Assembly: GCA_000008885.1 (NCBI GenBank)
Contig: BA000021.3
Span: 480,001 to 512,000 of the forward strand
Length of the DNA stretch: 32,000 nt
Direction of reading: 5' to 3'
Source: Wigglesworthia glossinidia endosymbiont of Glossina brevipalpis
GTDB taxonomy: Bacteria; Pseudomonadota; Gammaproteobacteria; Enterobacterales; Enterobacteriaceae
Shown: piece by piece, positions 1-10,749 of the stretch
How the letters are laid out: every line of letters starts with the position of its first letter
Position numbering within the stretch: position 1 is the stretch's first letter
Notes under the pieces: model-generated
The model's input: only the letters and a program-made list of their open reading frames with translations
Database searches by the model: none
Told to the model about the DNA's origin: nothing
Translations under genes and position numbers: made by a program

Positions 1-64
1 CTTTAGGTATTGGTATCTCATATTTATTAAATAATTTTTTTGCCTGATATTCATGTAAGTTCAT
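1..64 (-). CDS. sucC: Succinyl-CoA synthetase beta subunit, N-terminal fragment (continues beyond window start)
   Basis: Reverse complement from position 64 reads ATGAACTTACATGAATATCAGGCAAAAAAATTATTTAATAAATATGAGATACCAATACCTAAAG = [21 protein letters not shown], matching the E. coli SucC start [20 protein letters not shown]; located directly downstream of sucB as in enterobacteria. Confidence 0.93.
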   Translation of the reverse strand, partial: [21 protein letters not shown]

Positions 65-133
65 TTTTATTTCCGAATAAAGTTAAATTCAATTTTTTAA
101 TAAAAACAAAATTTTTAATTTAAATTAATTATA

Positions 134-1375
134 TTAAATATCCAATAACATTCTAATTGGATTTTCTAACATATCTTTTATATTTGATAAAAAACTAGCA
201 GATTCTTTTCCGTCAATTAATCTATGGTCATAAGATAATGCTAAATAAGTCATAGGATTAATAGAAATTTTTTTATTTATAGAAATTACTCTATCCTTAA
301 TAGCATGTATTCCTAATATTGCACTTTGAGGAGGATTTATAATTGGAGTGGACATCATAGATCCAAAAATTCCACCATTAGTTATGGTAAAACTACCACA
401 TTGAAGGTCTTCAACTTTTAATTTTCCATTTTTTCCTAGAAAAGCAAGGTTTTTAATTCTTTTTTCTATTTCTGACATATTCATTTTATCTACATTTCTT
501 AATATTGGAGTAACTAATCCTCGTTCAGTAGATATTGCTATGTTAATATCAAAATAATTATTATATACTATGTCGTCTCCATCTATGTATGCATGAATTT
601 CTGGAAATTTTTTTAATCCTTTTACTACTGCTAAAACAAAAAAAGACATATATCCTAATCTTATCCCATGAAGTTTTTCAAAAATATCTCCATATGATTT
701 TCTTAAATCATGTATAGATTTCATATTAACTTCGTTGAAAGTAGTTAATGAAGCAGTTGTGTTTTTAGAATATAATAAACGTTCTGCTATACATTTTCTT
801 AATCTAGTCATTTTTATTCTATTTTCTCTTGGAGAGCTTTTTTCATAAGCTGAACTATCTTTTATATTGTTTTCATTTTTTTCTTTTTCTTTTGTTAAAT
901 AATTATTTTCATTTAATTCATTTTCAATATTATTTTTGATATCAAAATTTTTATTAATATCATTTTTATTTAAATTATGTTTTAATATTGATCTGCGAAT
1001 AGATGGAGATAAATTAATATCATCAGCATGTTTTGTTTCTTTCTCTTTATTGTTTTCTGAACATTCATAATTATGTTCTTTTTGAGAAAAATTTATTTCT
1101 TTTATTTTATTTTCTTCTTTTTTTTGATCATAATTATTAATATTTAAACTTGCTATTTTTTGTTTTGATACTACAATAGACGAATTTTTTTGAAAAATTT
1201 CTATAATTTTTCCAGAATTTGGAGATGGAACCTCTAGCACAACTTTATCTGTTTCTAAATCAACCAGAATTTCTCCAGATTTTACATATTCTCCTGGTTT
1301 TTTTCTCCAATTAGATACCACTGCATCTGTTACTGATTCTGGAAGATCAGGAACTAATATATCTATAATATTCAT
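134..1375 (-). CDS. sucB: 2-oxoglutarate dehydrogenase E2, dihydrolipoyllysine succinyltransferase
   Basis: 413 aa ORF; lipoyl motif [10 protein letters not shown], catalytic motif SYDHRLIDG, lies after sucA. Confidence 0.96.
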   Translation of the reverse strand: MNIIDILVPDLPESVTDAVVSNWRKKPGEYVKSGEILVDLETDKVVLEVPSPNSGKIIEIFQKNSSIVVSKQKIASLNINNYDQKKEENKIKEINFSQKEHNYECSENNKEKETKHADDINLSPSIRRSILKHNLNKNDINKNFDIKNNIENELNENNYLTKEKEKNENNIKDSSAYEKSSPRENRIKMTRLRKCIAERLLYSKNTTASLTTFNEVNMKSIHDLRKSYGDIFEKLHGIRLGYMSFFVLAVVKGLKKFPEIHAYIDGDDIVYNNYFDINIAISTERGLVTPILRNVDKMNMSEIEKRIKNLAFLGKNGKLKVEDLQCGSFTITNGGIFGSMMSTPIINPPQSAILGIHAIKDRVISINKKISINPMTYLALSYDHRLIDGKESASFLSNIKDMLENPIRMLLDI

Positions 1376-1387
1376 TTTCCTTATCTC

Positions 1388-4117
1388 TTATTTAATATTA
1401 AAAACTGAATTTATTATTTTTTCTTGTTCAATTTGATGAATATGAAAATGTCCTGTAGCTGTTGAAGCGGAAGAAGGACGTCCAGAATAAATTAATTCAA
1501 TTTCTTTAGAAAGAATATCTTTAATTTTATAATTTATCCAATTCCAAGCTCCTTGATTTTTTGGTTCTTCTTGACACCAAATTATCTTATTTATATTTTT
1601 ATAATTATTTAATGTTTCTATTATAATTGATTTAGGAAATGGATAAAGTTGTTCTATTCTAATTATATGAGTATTAGAAATATTATGTTTTTTGCTAGCG
1701 GATATCAAATCATAAAATATTTTTCCAGAACATAAAATTATTATTGTTATTTCATTTAAATTTTTTATATTATTTTGATCAATAATCACTTCTCTGAATT
1801 CAAAATTTGCTATATCTTCAAAAGAAGAAGTAGACAAATGGTGTCTAAGTAATGATTTAGGAGATAATACAATTAAAGGTTTTTTTATATTACAAACAAC
1901 TTGTCTAAATAACAAATTATATAGTTGAGCAGGAGTAGAAGGAATACATACTTGTATATTGTTTTGAGCACATAATTGCAAATAACGCTCTAACCTGGCA
2001 GAAGAATGTTCTGGTCCTTGTCCTTCGTATCCATGAGGCAAAAACATCACTATGTTTGATTTCTGTCCCCATTTTTGTTCTCCAGAACTGATAAATTGAT
2101 CTATAACTACTTGAGCTCCGTTAGCAAAGTCTCCAAATTGAGCTTCCCATATCACTAATGTATTTTTTGCAACTGTTGAGTATCCGTATTCAAAAGCTAA
2201 AGATGCTTCTTCTGACAATGTAGAATTATATATTTGAAATTTTAATATATTTTTTTCAATTATATTATGCAAAGGAATGTACTTTGTATTATTATTTTGA
2301 TCATATATTACTGCATGTCTATGAAAAAATGTTCCTCTTTCAACATCTTCTCCGCATATACGAATAGAAAAATCATTCTCTAATAGAGAAGCATAACATA
2401 AAATTTCTGCAGCTCCCCAATCGAACAATCTTTTTTCTTTTGACATTTCAAGTCTTTGTGAAAAAATTTTTTTTACTATAGATTGAGCATTTAAATTAGA
2501 AGGTATTGCACATATAATTTTTGACAACTTTTTTAAACTTGAAATATTTTTTTTATATATATTGTTATTTTTTATAATTTTATTTTTATTATCAAATTTA
2601 TTTTTAATATCAACTTTTTTGTTAATATATTTATTGTTTAATTTATTACGGAAAACGCTTAACATGTTAGAAAGTTCTTTTTTAGAAATAATATTTCTTT
2701 TGATTAAATAATCAGAATAAATCTTTTTAAGAGTTGGGTGTTTTTTTATTTTTTTATACATTAATGGTTGAGTTACACTTGGTTCATCAGCTTCATTATG
2801 ACCATGACGTCTATAACATACGAGATCAATAACTACGTCCTTATTGAATTTATTTCTAAAATCTAATGCAAAATTTATTGCAAAAATGGCAGAATGAACA
2901 TTATCTCCATTTACGTGTAGAATTGGACATTGAGTAATTTTAAAAATATCTGTACAATAATTTGTAGATCTTGAATCTGAAACATCTGTAGTAAATCCTA
3001 TTTGATTATTAATTATAATTCTTATTGTTCCTCCAATATTATTGGATGCAGTTCTAGACATATTCAGTGTTTCTTGAATAACTCCTTGTCCTATCACTGA
3101 AGCATCTCCATGTATTGTGATTGGCAAAATACAATTTTTTTCATTGTCTTTTAAAGAGTCTAAATTAGCCCTAACTATACCCATTACTACTGGATTTACT
3201 ATTTCTAAATGAGATGGATTAAAAGATAGTTTTAAATTAATTGTCTCTTGTTCAACTTTTATATTTGAACAAAATCCTTGATGGTATTTTACGTCTCCAC
3301 TTGTTTTAACAAAATCATAGTTTCCTAAGAATTCATTACATAAATTTTGTAATTTTTTATTAAAAATATTAACTAAAACATTTAGTCTTCCTCTATGAGA
3401 CATTCCTAATATAATTTTTTTTATTTTATATTTGATTAAAGATTTATAAATTGCTTCTTTTAATATTGGTATTATCACATCTCCTCCTTCTAAAGAAAAT
3501 CTTTTAGATCCAGGAAATGTTCTTCCTAAATAATGCTCAACTTCTTCTGCTTTTATGATTTGATCAAGAAAAAATTTTTTTTCTTTTTCTGTAAAATATT
3601 GTCTTATGAATTTAGACTCTATATACTCTTGAACCCATGTTCTTTCTTCGTAATTATCTATATGCATATATTCAAATCCAATTGAATTGCAATATATTTT
3701 TTCAAAACGTTTAATAGTATCTATTGAATATGTATCATCTTTATGATCATAAAAAAATTTTACTTCACTATTTTTGTTATATTGATTTTCATGCAACTGA
3801 TTTGAATCTAAAAAAAATTTTTTTATATTTTTTGTTTTTTTTATATTAAGAGGATCTGTTTTTGCTTTGAAATGCCCATAAGAACGAAAATTATTTATAT
3901 GATTTGAAAATAAAAAATTATTAACAAAAAAAATCTTTTTTTCATCAACAAAACCTGATTTATTATCGGAGAAATTAAAAGAAACTTTATTAAATAAAGA
4001 TTTCCATTCATAGCTAACAGATGTAGGATTATTTAAAAAATTTTTATAAATACTTTCTATATAAAATCTATTAATTCCATTTAAGAAAAAAAAATTTTTG
4101 TCTACATTATTTTTCAT
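1388..4117 (-). CDS. sucA: 2-oxoglutarate dehydrogenase E1
   Basis: 909 aa ORF with typical SucA segments (GMSHRGRLNVLVN, RRHGHNEADEPSVTQP, GEDVERGTFFHRHAV, WEAQFGDFANGAQVVIDQFISSGEQKWG, HGYEGQGPEHSSARLERYLQLCA). Confidence 0.97.
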   Translation of the reverse strand: MKNNVDKNFFFLNGINRFYIESIYKNFLNNPTSVSYEWKSLFNKVSFNFSDNKSGFVDEKKIFFVNNFLFSNHINNFRSYGHFKAKTDPLNIKKTKNIKKFFLDSNQLHENQYNKNSEVKFFYDHKDDTYSIDTIKRFEKIYCNSIGFEYMHIDNYEERTWVQEYIESKFIRQYFTEKEKKFFLDQIIKAEEVEHYLGRTFPGSKRFSLEGGDVIIPILKEAIYKSLIKYKIKKIILGMSHRGRLNVLVNIFNKKLQNLCNEFLGNYDFVKTSGDVKYHQGFCSNIKVEQETINLKLSFNPSHLEIVNPVVMGIVRANLDSLKDNEKNCILPITIHGDASVIGQGVIQETLNMSRTASNNIGGTIRIIINNQIGFTTDVSDSRSTNYCTDIFKITQCPILHVNGDNVHSAIFAINFALDFRNKFNKDVVIDLVCYRRHGHNEADEPSVTQPLMYKKIKKHPTLKKIYSDYLIKRNIISKKELSNMLSVFRNKLNNKYINKKVDIKNKFDNKNKIIKNNNIYKKNISSLKKLSKIICAIPSNLNAQSIVKKIFSQRLEMSKEKRLFDWGAAEILCYASLLENDFSIRICGEDVERGTFFHRHAVIYDQNNNTKYIPLHNIIEKNILKFQIYNSTLSEEASLAFEYGYSTVAKNTLVIWEAQFGDFANGAQVVIDQFISSGEQKWGQKSNIVMFLPHGYEGQGPEHSSARLERYLQLCAQNNIQVCIPSTPAQLYNLLFRQVVCNIKKPLIVLSPKSLLRHHLSTSSFEDIANFEFREVIIDQNNIKNLNEITIIILCSGKIFYDLISASKKHNISNTHIIRIEQLYPFPKSIIIETLNNYKNINKIIWCQEEPKNQGAWNWINYKIKDILSKEIELIYSGRPSSASTATGHFHIHQIEQEKIINSVFNIK

Positions 4118-4198
4118 AAAAACACCTTAATTTTAAAAATTCAGCATATATGAATAAAAAATAATTTCTTAATATTTAATATAATTTCTATAAAAACT

Positions 4199-4942
4199 TT
4201 AATTATTATTAATTACTTTTTTAATTAGCATATTTTTTATACTACCTATAGCTTTAGTAGGATTTAATTTTTTTGGGCATACCGAAACGCAATTCATTAT
4301 TCCATGGCATCTTAAAACGCTAAAAGAATCACTTAATTGTTTTAATCTTTCTTTTTTTGCTGAATCTCTATTGTCGACTAAAAAACGATATGCCGATAAA
4401 AGACCAGCAGGCCCAATGAATTTGTCTGGATTCCACCAAAAAGACGGGCAAGCAGTTGAGCAACATCCACATAATATGCATTCATAAGATCCATCTAGAA
4501 GAGATCTTTCTTTAGGAGATTGCAAATTTTCTTTTTCTAAAATAATTTTTTTATTATTTATAATGTATGGTTTTATTTTTTTATATTGTTTAAAGAAACT
4601 TGTCATATCTACAACTAAATCTCTTATTATTGGCAATCCTGGCAAAGGACGTATTGTAATTTGTTTTTTTTTATTTTTCAATAAAATTGAAATAGGAGTA
4701 ATACATGCAAGACCATTTTTACCATTTATATTCATTCCATCTGAACCACAGACCCCTTCTCTGCAAGACTTTCTAAAAGATAAAGTTGGATCAATTTCTT
4801 TTAAAGACATTAAAACATCCAAAAGCATCATATCTTTTTCTTTTTCAAAATAAAAATTAAAATTTTGCATTTTAGGAGGAATATTATGATGTGGGTTATA
4901 ACGATAAATAGAAATGTTTATTTTTTTTAATTTTTTTTTCAT
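4199..4942 (-). CDS. sdhB: Succinate dehydrogenase iron-sulfur subunit
   Basis: 247 aa; SCREGVCGSDGMNINGKNGLACITP and CILCGCCSTACPSFWWNPDKFIGPAGLL cysteine clusters. Confidence 0.97.
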   Translation of the reverse strand: MKKKLKKINISIYRYNPHHNIPPKMQNFNFYFEKEKDMMLLDVLMSLKEIDPTLSFRKSCREGVCGSDGMNINGKNGLACITPISILLKNKKKQITIRPLPGLPIIRDLVVDMTSFFKQYKKIKPYIINNKKIILEKENLQSPKERSLLDGSYECILCGCCSTACPSFWWNPDKFIGPAGLLSAYRFLVDNRDSAKKERLKQLSDSFSVLRCHGIMNCVSVCPKKLNPTKAIGSIKNMLIKKVINNN

Positions 4943-4943
4943 T

Positions 4944-6710
4944 TTAATATGATCTTTCTTTAGGTTGAAAAGCTGAACGATAAATAGGTTTCATGTTTAT
5001 GTTTCTTTTTTTCATAATTTCTCTTTTTAGAAAAAAAATAGTATGACATAACCAATTTTCATCATCTCTAAAAGGAAAATCACTACGATAATGTGCTCCT
5101 CTACTTTCTTTTCTAAATTTTGCAGATAAAGCTGTTGCATAAGATACGTCTATTAAATTATCTAACTCTAAGCATTCTATTCTATTTATATTAAATTTAT
5201 CAGATGAATCTTGTAATTTAGAATTTTTTAACCTATGTTTAAGTTCTTTGATCTTTAATATTCCTTTTTCCATAGATGGTCCGTCTCTAAATACTGAAAA
5301 GTGATTTTGCATACAAATTTGCAAATTTTTTTTAATATTGTTTGGATTTTCTTTTCCTTTTTTATTATTCCAATTAATATATCTTTTTAGCGAAAATTCA
5401 ATATCTGATTTGCTTGCTTTTTTAGGAGAATAATGAGAAGATAATATTTTATTTATTTGAACTCCTGCAGATTTACCAAATACTACTAGGTCTAAAAGAG
5501 AATTACCACCTAAACGATTTGCTCCATGAACAGATACACATGAATTTTCTCCAATTGCAAATAGCCCGGGTATTTCTATTTCATTTTTTAAATCATCTAT
5601 AGATATAACTTGTCCTGTTATTTTTGTTGGTATTCCACCCATCATGTAATGACAAGTAGGTATTACAGGAATTGGTTTTTTTACTGGATCTACATGAGCA
5701 AATGTACGAGATAATTCTAAAATTCCTGGAAGTCTAGAATTTAATATATTAGTACCTAAATGATCTAACTTTAAATGAACATAGTCTCCTAGATTATTTT
5801 TAAATCCTCTATTTTCTAATATTTCAATCATCATAGATCTAGAAACTACATCTCTACCGGCAAGATCTTTAGAATTTGGAGCATATCTTTCCATGAATCT
5901 TTCTCCATTCTTATTTAATAAATATCCTCCTTCTCCTCTACATCCTTCTGTTATCAATATCCCCGCCCCAGCAATTCCAGTTGGATGAAATTGCCACATT
6001 TCCATATCTTGGACTGGTATTCCAGCTCTCAAAGCCATACCTATTCCGTCTCCAGTATTAATATAAGCATTTGTTGTAGATTGATATATCCTTCCAGCTC
6101 CTCCAGTTGCTAAAATAGTAATTTTTGATTCAAAATAAAATGTTTCTCCGGTTTCTATGCATATTGCCGTACAACCAACAATTGATTCATCTTGATTTTT
6201 TACTAAATCTAATGCATACCATTCTGAAAAAATTTTAGTATTATTTTTTATATTTTGTTGATATAATGTATGCAAAAGAGCATGACCGGTTCTGTCAGCA
6301 GCTGCAGCGGTTCTTTCAGCTTGTCTTTCTCCATAATTTATAGATTGTCCTCCAAACGCACGTTGATATATTTTACCATTTTCTGATCTAGAAAATGGAA
6401 GCCCCATATGTTCTAATTCTAATATTTCTTTAGGTCCATTTTTGCACATATATTCAATTGCGTCTTGATCTCCAATGTAGTCTGATCCTTTTATTGTGTC
6501 ATACATGTGCCATTGCCAATCATCTTCGTGGCTATTTCCCAAAGCAACTGTTATTCCTCCTTGAGCTGATACAGTATGAGATCTGGTTGGAAAAACCTTA
6601 GAAATTAAAGCACATGACGACTTATTTTTTGCTATTTCTAAAGCAGCCCTCATTCCAGATCCACCTGATCCTATAACAATCACATCAAATGTTTTTTTTA
6701 AAATTTTCAT
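4944..6710 (-). CDS. sdhA: Succinate dehydrogenase flavoprotein subunit
   Basis: 588 aa; [15 protein letters not shown]-binding, [14 protein letters not shown] with flavinylation His region, [26 protein letters not shown]. Confidence 0.97.
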   Translation of the reverse strand: MKILKKTFDVIVIGSGGSGMRAALEIAKNKSSCALISKVFPTRSHTVSAQGGITVALGNSHEDDWQWHMYDTIKGSDYIGDQDAIEYMCKNGPKEILELEHMGLPFSRSENGKIYQRAFGGQSINYGERQAERTAAAADRTGHALLHTLYQQNIKNNTKIFSEWYALDLVKNQDESIVGCTAICIETGETFYFESKITILATGGAGRIYQSTTNAYINTGDGIGMALRAGIPVQDMEMWQFHPTGIAGAGILITEGCRGEGGYLLNKNGERFMERYAPNSKDLAGRDVVSRSMMIEILENRGFKNNLGDYVHLKLDHLGTNILNSRLPGILELSRTFAHVDPVKKPIPVIPTCHYMMGGIPTKITGQVISIDDLKNEIEIPGLFAIGENSCVSVHGANRLGGNSLLDLVVFGKSAGVQINKILSSHYSPKKASKSDIEFSLKRYINWNNKKGKENPNNIKKNLQICMQNHFSVFRDGPSMEKGILKIKELKHRLKNSKLQDSSDKFNINRIECLELDNLIDVSYATALSAKFRKESRGAHYRSDFPFRDDENWLCHTIFFLKREIMKKRNINMKPIYRSAFQPKERSY

Positions 6711-6720
6711 TTATCATTTC

Positions 6721-7062
6721 CTATATTATGATTTTAATACCATAAATAATATAAGCAAATAATATTAAAAATATTACTATTTCTAATTTTAGCCTTAATG
6801 ATTCGGATTTTATATAATCTGTTATTATTTGCCATAATCCAATCCAAGAATGTATGGCTATAGACATAAAAGTTAATATTGTAAATATTTTTATTAATGA
6901 TTTATTAAAAAATTCACGCCACAACTCGTATTTTATAGGCGTTTCATAAATTATAAACGATGAAACGCATATTACATATAAAAAGATTAATATTCCAGAA
7001 ATTCTTATAATAATCCATTCATATATACCAAGAATTCCAAAAGCAGATTCTTTATTTACCAT
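6721..7062 (-). CDS. sdhD: Succinate dehydrogenase membrane anchor subunit
   Basis: 113 aa; HSWIGLWQIITDYIK similar to E. coli SdhD HAWIGMWQVLTDYVK; operon position. Confidence 0.93.
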   Translation of the reverse strand: MVNKESAFGILGIYEWIIIRISGILIFLYVICVSSFIIYETPIKYELWREFFNKSLIKIFTILTFMSIAIHSWIGLWQIITDYIKSESLRLKLEIVIFLILFAYIIYGIKIII

Positions 7063-7475
7063 AAATATATTCCTAAAATAATGGAAATTACAATAACAAT
7101 AAAAAAGGATATATTTGCTGTTTTATTGGCAGTTTTTAAGTCTTCACTAGAAAAATTAAAATCTATTAAAATATGTCTTAAGCCAAATATAATATGATAA
7201 AAAAAAACAGTTGTTATAATCCATAAAATTATTTTGATTAATATTGTTGTGAAAATTAATTGATGTATATAATTAAATTCTTTTTCAGATGACAAAGACA
7301 AATCTAATATCCATAAAAAAAATCCGAAAGATAAAAATACAGATACTCCTGATATTCTATGTAATATAGAAGATATTGCCGTTTTTGTAAAATTAATAGT
7401 AAAAAGGTTTAAGTTAATAGGTTTATATTTTTTTTTTAAATTTTTATTATTTTTGTTTTTTTTGAAAAATATCAT
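7056..7475 (-). CDS. sdhC: Succinate dehydrogenase cytochrome b556 subunit
   Basis: 139 aa; SSILHRISGVSVFLSFGF and GLRHILIDF motifs; first gene of sdhCDAB, overlaps sdhD by 7 nt. Confidence 0.93.
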   Translation of the reverse strand: MIFFKKNKNNKNLKKKYKPINLNLFTINFTKTAISSILHRISGVSVFLSFGFFLWILDLSLSSEKEFNYIHQLIFTTILIKIILWIITTVFFYHIIFGLRHILIDFNFSSEDLKTANKTANISFFIVIVISIILGIYLW

Positions 7476-7594
7476 TTTTTAAAAAAAATAGTCAAATTTA
7501 CAATTTTTTCATTATATTTTAAATAACATATAATTATCAAATTTTTAAAAAATTTATTTTATATTTAAAAAATTAATAATATGTTATATTTTAT

Positions 7595-8344
7595 TTAAAT
7601 TGGATTTTCGAAATCAAAAAAATCAATATTTAAACTATGTTTTTGTTTTAACCATTTTCCTAATGCTAAAATTCCACCTTTTTCTGTTGCATGATGACCT
7701 GCAGAGTAAAAATCAACATTTCTTTCTTTTGAAATATATATAGTGCTTTCAGATGCTTCTCCGCTAATGAATGCATCAATTCCTTCTTCTATTGCTAATT
7801 CAAAAAATTTATGTCCTGATCCTGTGCATAATCCTATATTTTTTATTTTTTTTTCTAAATAGTTGGAAGTAAAATGTATTACTTTTTTATTTATCTTTTT
7901 TTGTAATAATTGTTTTAATTGTTTTCCATTAACGCTGTTTTTTATTTTTCCAAAAAAAATACATGGATTAATAATTTTATATATTTTGATAGACAAAATA
8001 TTTGCTAGTTGAGCATTATTTCCTAATCTAGGATGTATATCTAATGGCAAATGCCATGCGTATAAATTAATATTATTGTTTATAATTTTTTTTAATCTTT
8101 TTTTCTTTGTTCCAAATATTGGAAAAGTATCATTTTTGCAAAAAATTCCATGATGTACAATTATAGCGTCTGCGTTTTTTAATAATGCAAAATCTATTAT
8201 CTCTTGACACAAAGTTACGCCTATTACTATGTTTTTAATTAATTTTTTTCCTTTTATCTGCAAACCATTTATTGCATTATCAATAATATTTGAATTATTA
8301 ATTAATTTTTTATTAATTATATTTTCTAAAAATATATTTTCCAT
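7595..8344 (-). CDS. ybgI: Nif3/YbgI family protein (GTP cyclohydrolase I type 2 homolog)
   Basis: 249 aa; DAIIVHHGIFCK, YAWHLPLDIHPRLGNNAQLA, FISGEASE, GHHATEKGGILAL motifs. Confidence 0.9.
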   Translation of the reverse strand: MENIFLENIINKKLINNSNIIDNAINGLQIKGKKLIKNIVIGVTLCQEIIDFALLKNADAIIVHHGIFCKNDTFPIFGTKKKRLKKIINNNINLYAWHLPLDIHPRLGNNAQLANILSIKIYKIINPCIFFGKIKNSVNGKQLKQLLQKKINKKVIHFTSNYLEKKIKNIGLCTGSGHKFFELAIEEGIDAFISGEASESTIYISKERNVDFYSAGHHATEKGGILALGKWLKQKHSLNIDFFDFENPI

Positions 8345-8374
8345 ATTTTGAATTAAAAATTTTTATAATATATT

Positions 8375-9991
8375 TTATTTTAACATAATGTTAATTATAT
8401 TAATTGCGGATTTTTGCAATTTTTTAAGATGAGTATCATCTATAAAACTTTCACAATATATTCTATAAAAGTTTTCTGTTCCAGAAGGTCTTATAGCTAT
8501 CCATCCATTAATAAATTCAACTAATATATTGTTTATATTAAACATATAATATATTATTTTGTCGTCAGTTAATATGCAATGCTTTATTTTTCTTATATTT
8601 ATTTTATAATTTATACCTAAATTTTTTTCTTTTATGATATATTGAAATCTCTTGTAATAAAAACAACCAAAAGCATTTTCTAAATTTTTGTAATAAATAT
8701 TTATTCTTTTTTTTGTATTTGTTACAATTTCTGCAGATAACAAACACATTATAATACCGTCTTTATCTGTAGACCAAGTGTTTCCATTAGAACATAAAAA
8801 AGTTGCTCCAGAACTTTCTTCTAAACAAAAACCTAGATTTCTATAAAATAAAAAATCTACAAACCATTTGAATCCTACGGGAGTTTGAATCAATTTTTTG
8901 TTTAGGTGATTAGATATACTATTTATCATTTTACTAGATACATAAGTTTTTCCAAGTCCTATTGATTTATTCCAATTGTTTCTATTTTTAAACAAATAAT
9001 GAGAAGCAACAGATAAATAATGATTAGGGTATATAATTTTATTTGATTCAATTATGCAGTGTCTATCACAATCAGGATCGTTCGCAAATGATAAATCAAA
9101 ATTTTTAGATAATTTTAATAAATTTGTTAATACTGGTTTTGATGAACAATCCATTCTGATGGTTCCATCATAATCTAGACACAAAAAATAAAAAGTATTA
9201 TCTATATTTTTATTTAATATTGTTAAATTTAATTTATAAATATCTTCTATAAGTTGCCAACACAAAATTCCAGAACTTCCTAATGGATCTATTGCTAATT
9301 TAATATTAGAATTTTTAATAGATTCCATATCAACTACTTTATAAATATCATTAACATATTTATATGTTATATCTCTGTTGTATATATTTCCTTTTTGTTT
9401 TGATCTAAACAAAGATACTCTTTTTATTTTAGATAAATTTTTAAATAAAATCAAATTAGCTATTTCTTCTATATATTTAGTAATTTTATAATTGGCTGGG
9501 CCTCCGTTGCATGAATTATACTTTATTCCTCCATATTGAGGAGGATTATGAGATGAAGTTATAATAATACCATCTGATTTTGATATGAATTTTTTATTAT
9601 GATTTATTATTGCATGAGAAATTATTGGTGATGGCACATAATAATTGTTAGATTGAATAATTACATCAATATTATTAGCGATTAACACTTCTAAAACAGA
9701 ATTAAATGCTGGATCAGATAATGCATGAGTATCTCTTCCTACAAAACATGGCCCATTAATTCCTAAAATTTTTCTTTGTTCTACAATTGCTTGGCTAATA
9801 GCCAAAACATGTAATTCATTAAATGTACATTTTGTTGATTCACCTCTATGTCCTGAAGTTCCAAATTTTATGGAATTATGATTATTTCCTGATTTAGGAG
9901 TTATATGATAATATTTTTGAATAATTTCATTTGCATCAATTAAATCAGATTTCTCTGCTTTTTTACCAGCTCTATAATTATTATTTTTCAT
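8375..9991 (-). CDS. pgm: Phosphoglucomutase (alpha-D-glucose)
   Basis: 538 aa; KFGTSGHRGES, phosphoserine loop TSSHNPPQYGGIKYNSCNGGPAN, metal loop DPDCDRH, C-terminal RPSGTENFYRIYCESF. Confidence 0.95.
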   Translation of the reverse strand: MKNNNYRAGKKAEKSDLIDANEIIQKYYHITPKSGNNHNSIKFGTSGHRGESTKCTFNELHVLAISQAIVEQRKILGINGPCFVGRDTHALSDPAFNSVLEVLIANNIDVIIQSNNYYVPSPIISHAIINHNKKFISKSDGIIITSSHNPPQYGGIKYNSCNGGPANYKITKYIEEIANLILFKNLSKIKRVSLFRSKQKGNIYNRDITYKYVNDIYKVVDMESIKNSNIKLAIDPLGSSGILCWQLIEDIYKLNLTILNKNIDNTFYFLCLDYDGTIRMDCSSKPVLTNLLKLSKNFDLSFANDPDCDRHCIIESNKIIYPNHYLSVASHYLFKNRNNWNKSIGLGKTYVSSKMINSISNHLNKKLIQTPVGFKWFVDFLFYRNLGFCLEESSGATFLCSNGNTWSTDKDGIIMCLLSAEIVTNTKKRINIYYKNLENAFGCFYYKRFQYIIKEKNLGINYKINIRKIKHCILTDDKIIYYMFNINNILVEFINGWIAIRPSGTENFYRIYCESFIDDTHLKKLQKSAINIINIMLK

Positions 9992-10236
9992 TTTAAGATT
10001 TCAATTTTATTTAAAAATAAATACAAATCTTATTATTTTTTTAATAGAATATTAAATTTTAATATTTTTATTTTTAAATAACATTTATTTAAATAAATTT
10101 ATTATCTTTTAATTTTCTTAAAAAAATACAAATATATATTATTAACGTATTAACTTTGAAATAAATTTATTATATAATATTTATTTATATAAAATAGTTT
10201 TTATAAATTTATCACAATAAAATTGGTTAAACAAAT

Positions 10237-10749
10237 ATGAAATCTATAGGAATGTTTTTTGGAAGCGATACTGGAAATACAGAAAGAATAGCAAAAAAAA
10301 TACAAAAAAAGATTGGAATTAATAATATAGATATTTTTGATATTTCAAATTCTTCTAAAGAAGAAATGGAAAAATATAAAAAATTAATATTTGGTATACC
10401 TACATGGTATTACGGAGAACTGCAATGTGATTGGGATGATTTTTTGATATATCTAAAAGAAATTAATTTTGAAAATAAATTAGTAGCAATTTTTGGATGT
10501 GGAGATCAAGAAGATTATTCAGAATATTTTTGTGATGCAATGGGTATTGTAAAAGAAATAATTTCTTACAAAGGCGCTAAAGTAATTGGAAAATATTCAA
10601 CTTTAGGATATAAATTTGAAAAATCTAAAGCTTTGTTAAATAAAGATTATTTTATAGGATTAGCTATAGATGAAGATAGACAACCAGAATTAACAGAAAA
10701 AAGAATATGTAATTGGGTAAAAACAATAAAAAAAGAAATGGAAATTTAA
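10237..10749 (+). CDS. fldA: Flavodoxin 1
   Basis: 170 aa; [19 protein letters not shown] loop, [49 protein letters not shown] closely match E. coli FldA. Confidence 0.96.
   Translation: MKSIGMFFGSDTGNTERIAKKIQKKIGINNIDIFDISNSSKEEMEKYKKLIFGIPTWYYGELQCDWDDFLIYLKEINFENKLVAIFGCGDQEDYSEYFCDAMGIVKEIISYKGAKVIGKYSTLGYKFEKSKALLNKDYFIGLAIDEDRQPELTEKRICNWVKTIKKEMEI

Noticed and set aside
4563-4853. Plus-strand ORF of 96 aa antisense to sdhB
   Set aside because: Lies inside a well-supported gene on the other strand, no family features; shadow ORF.
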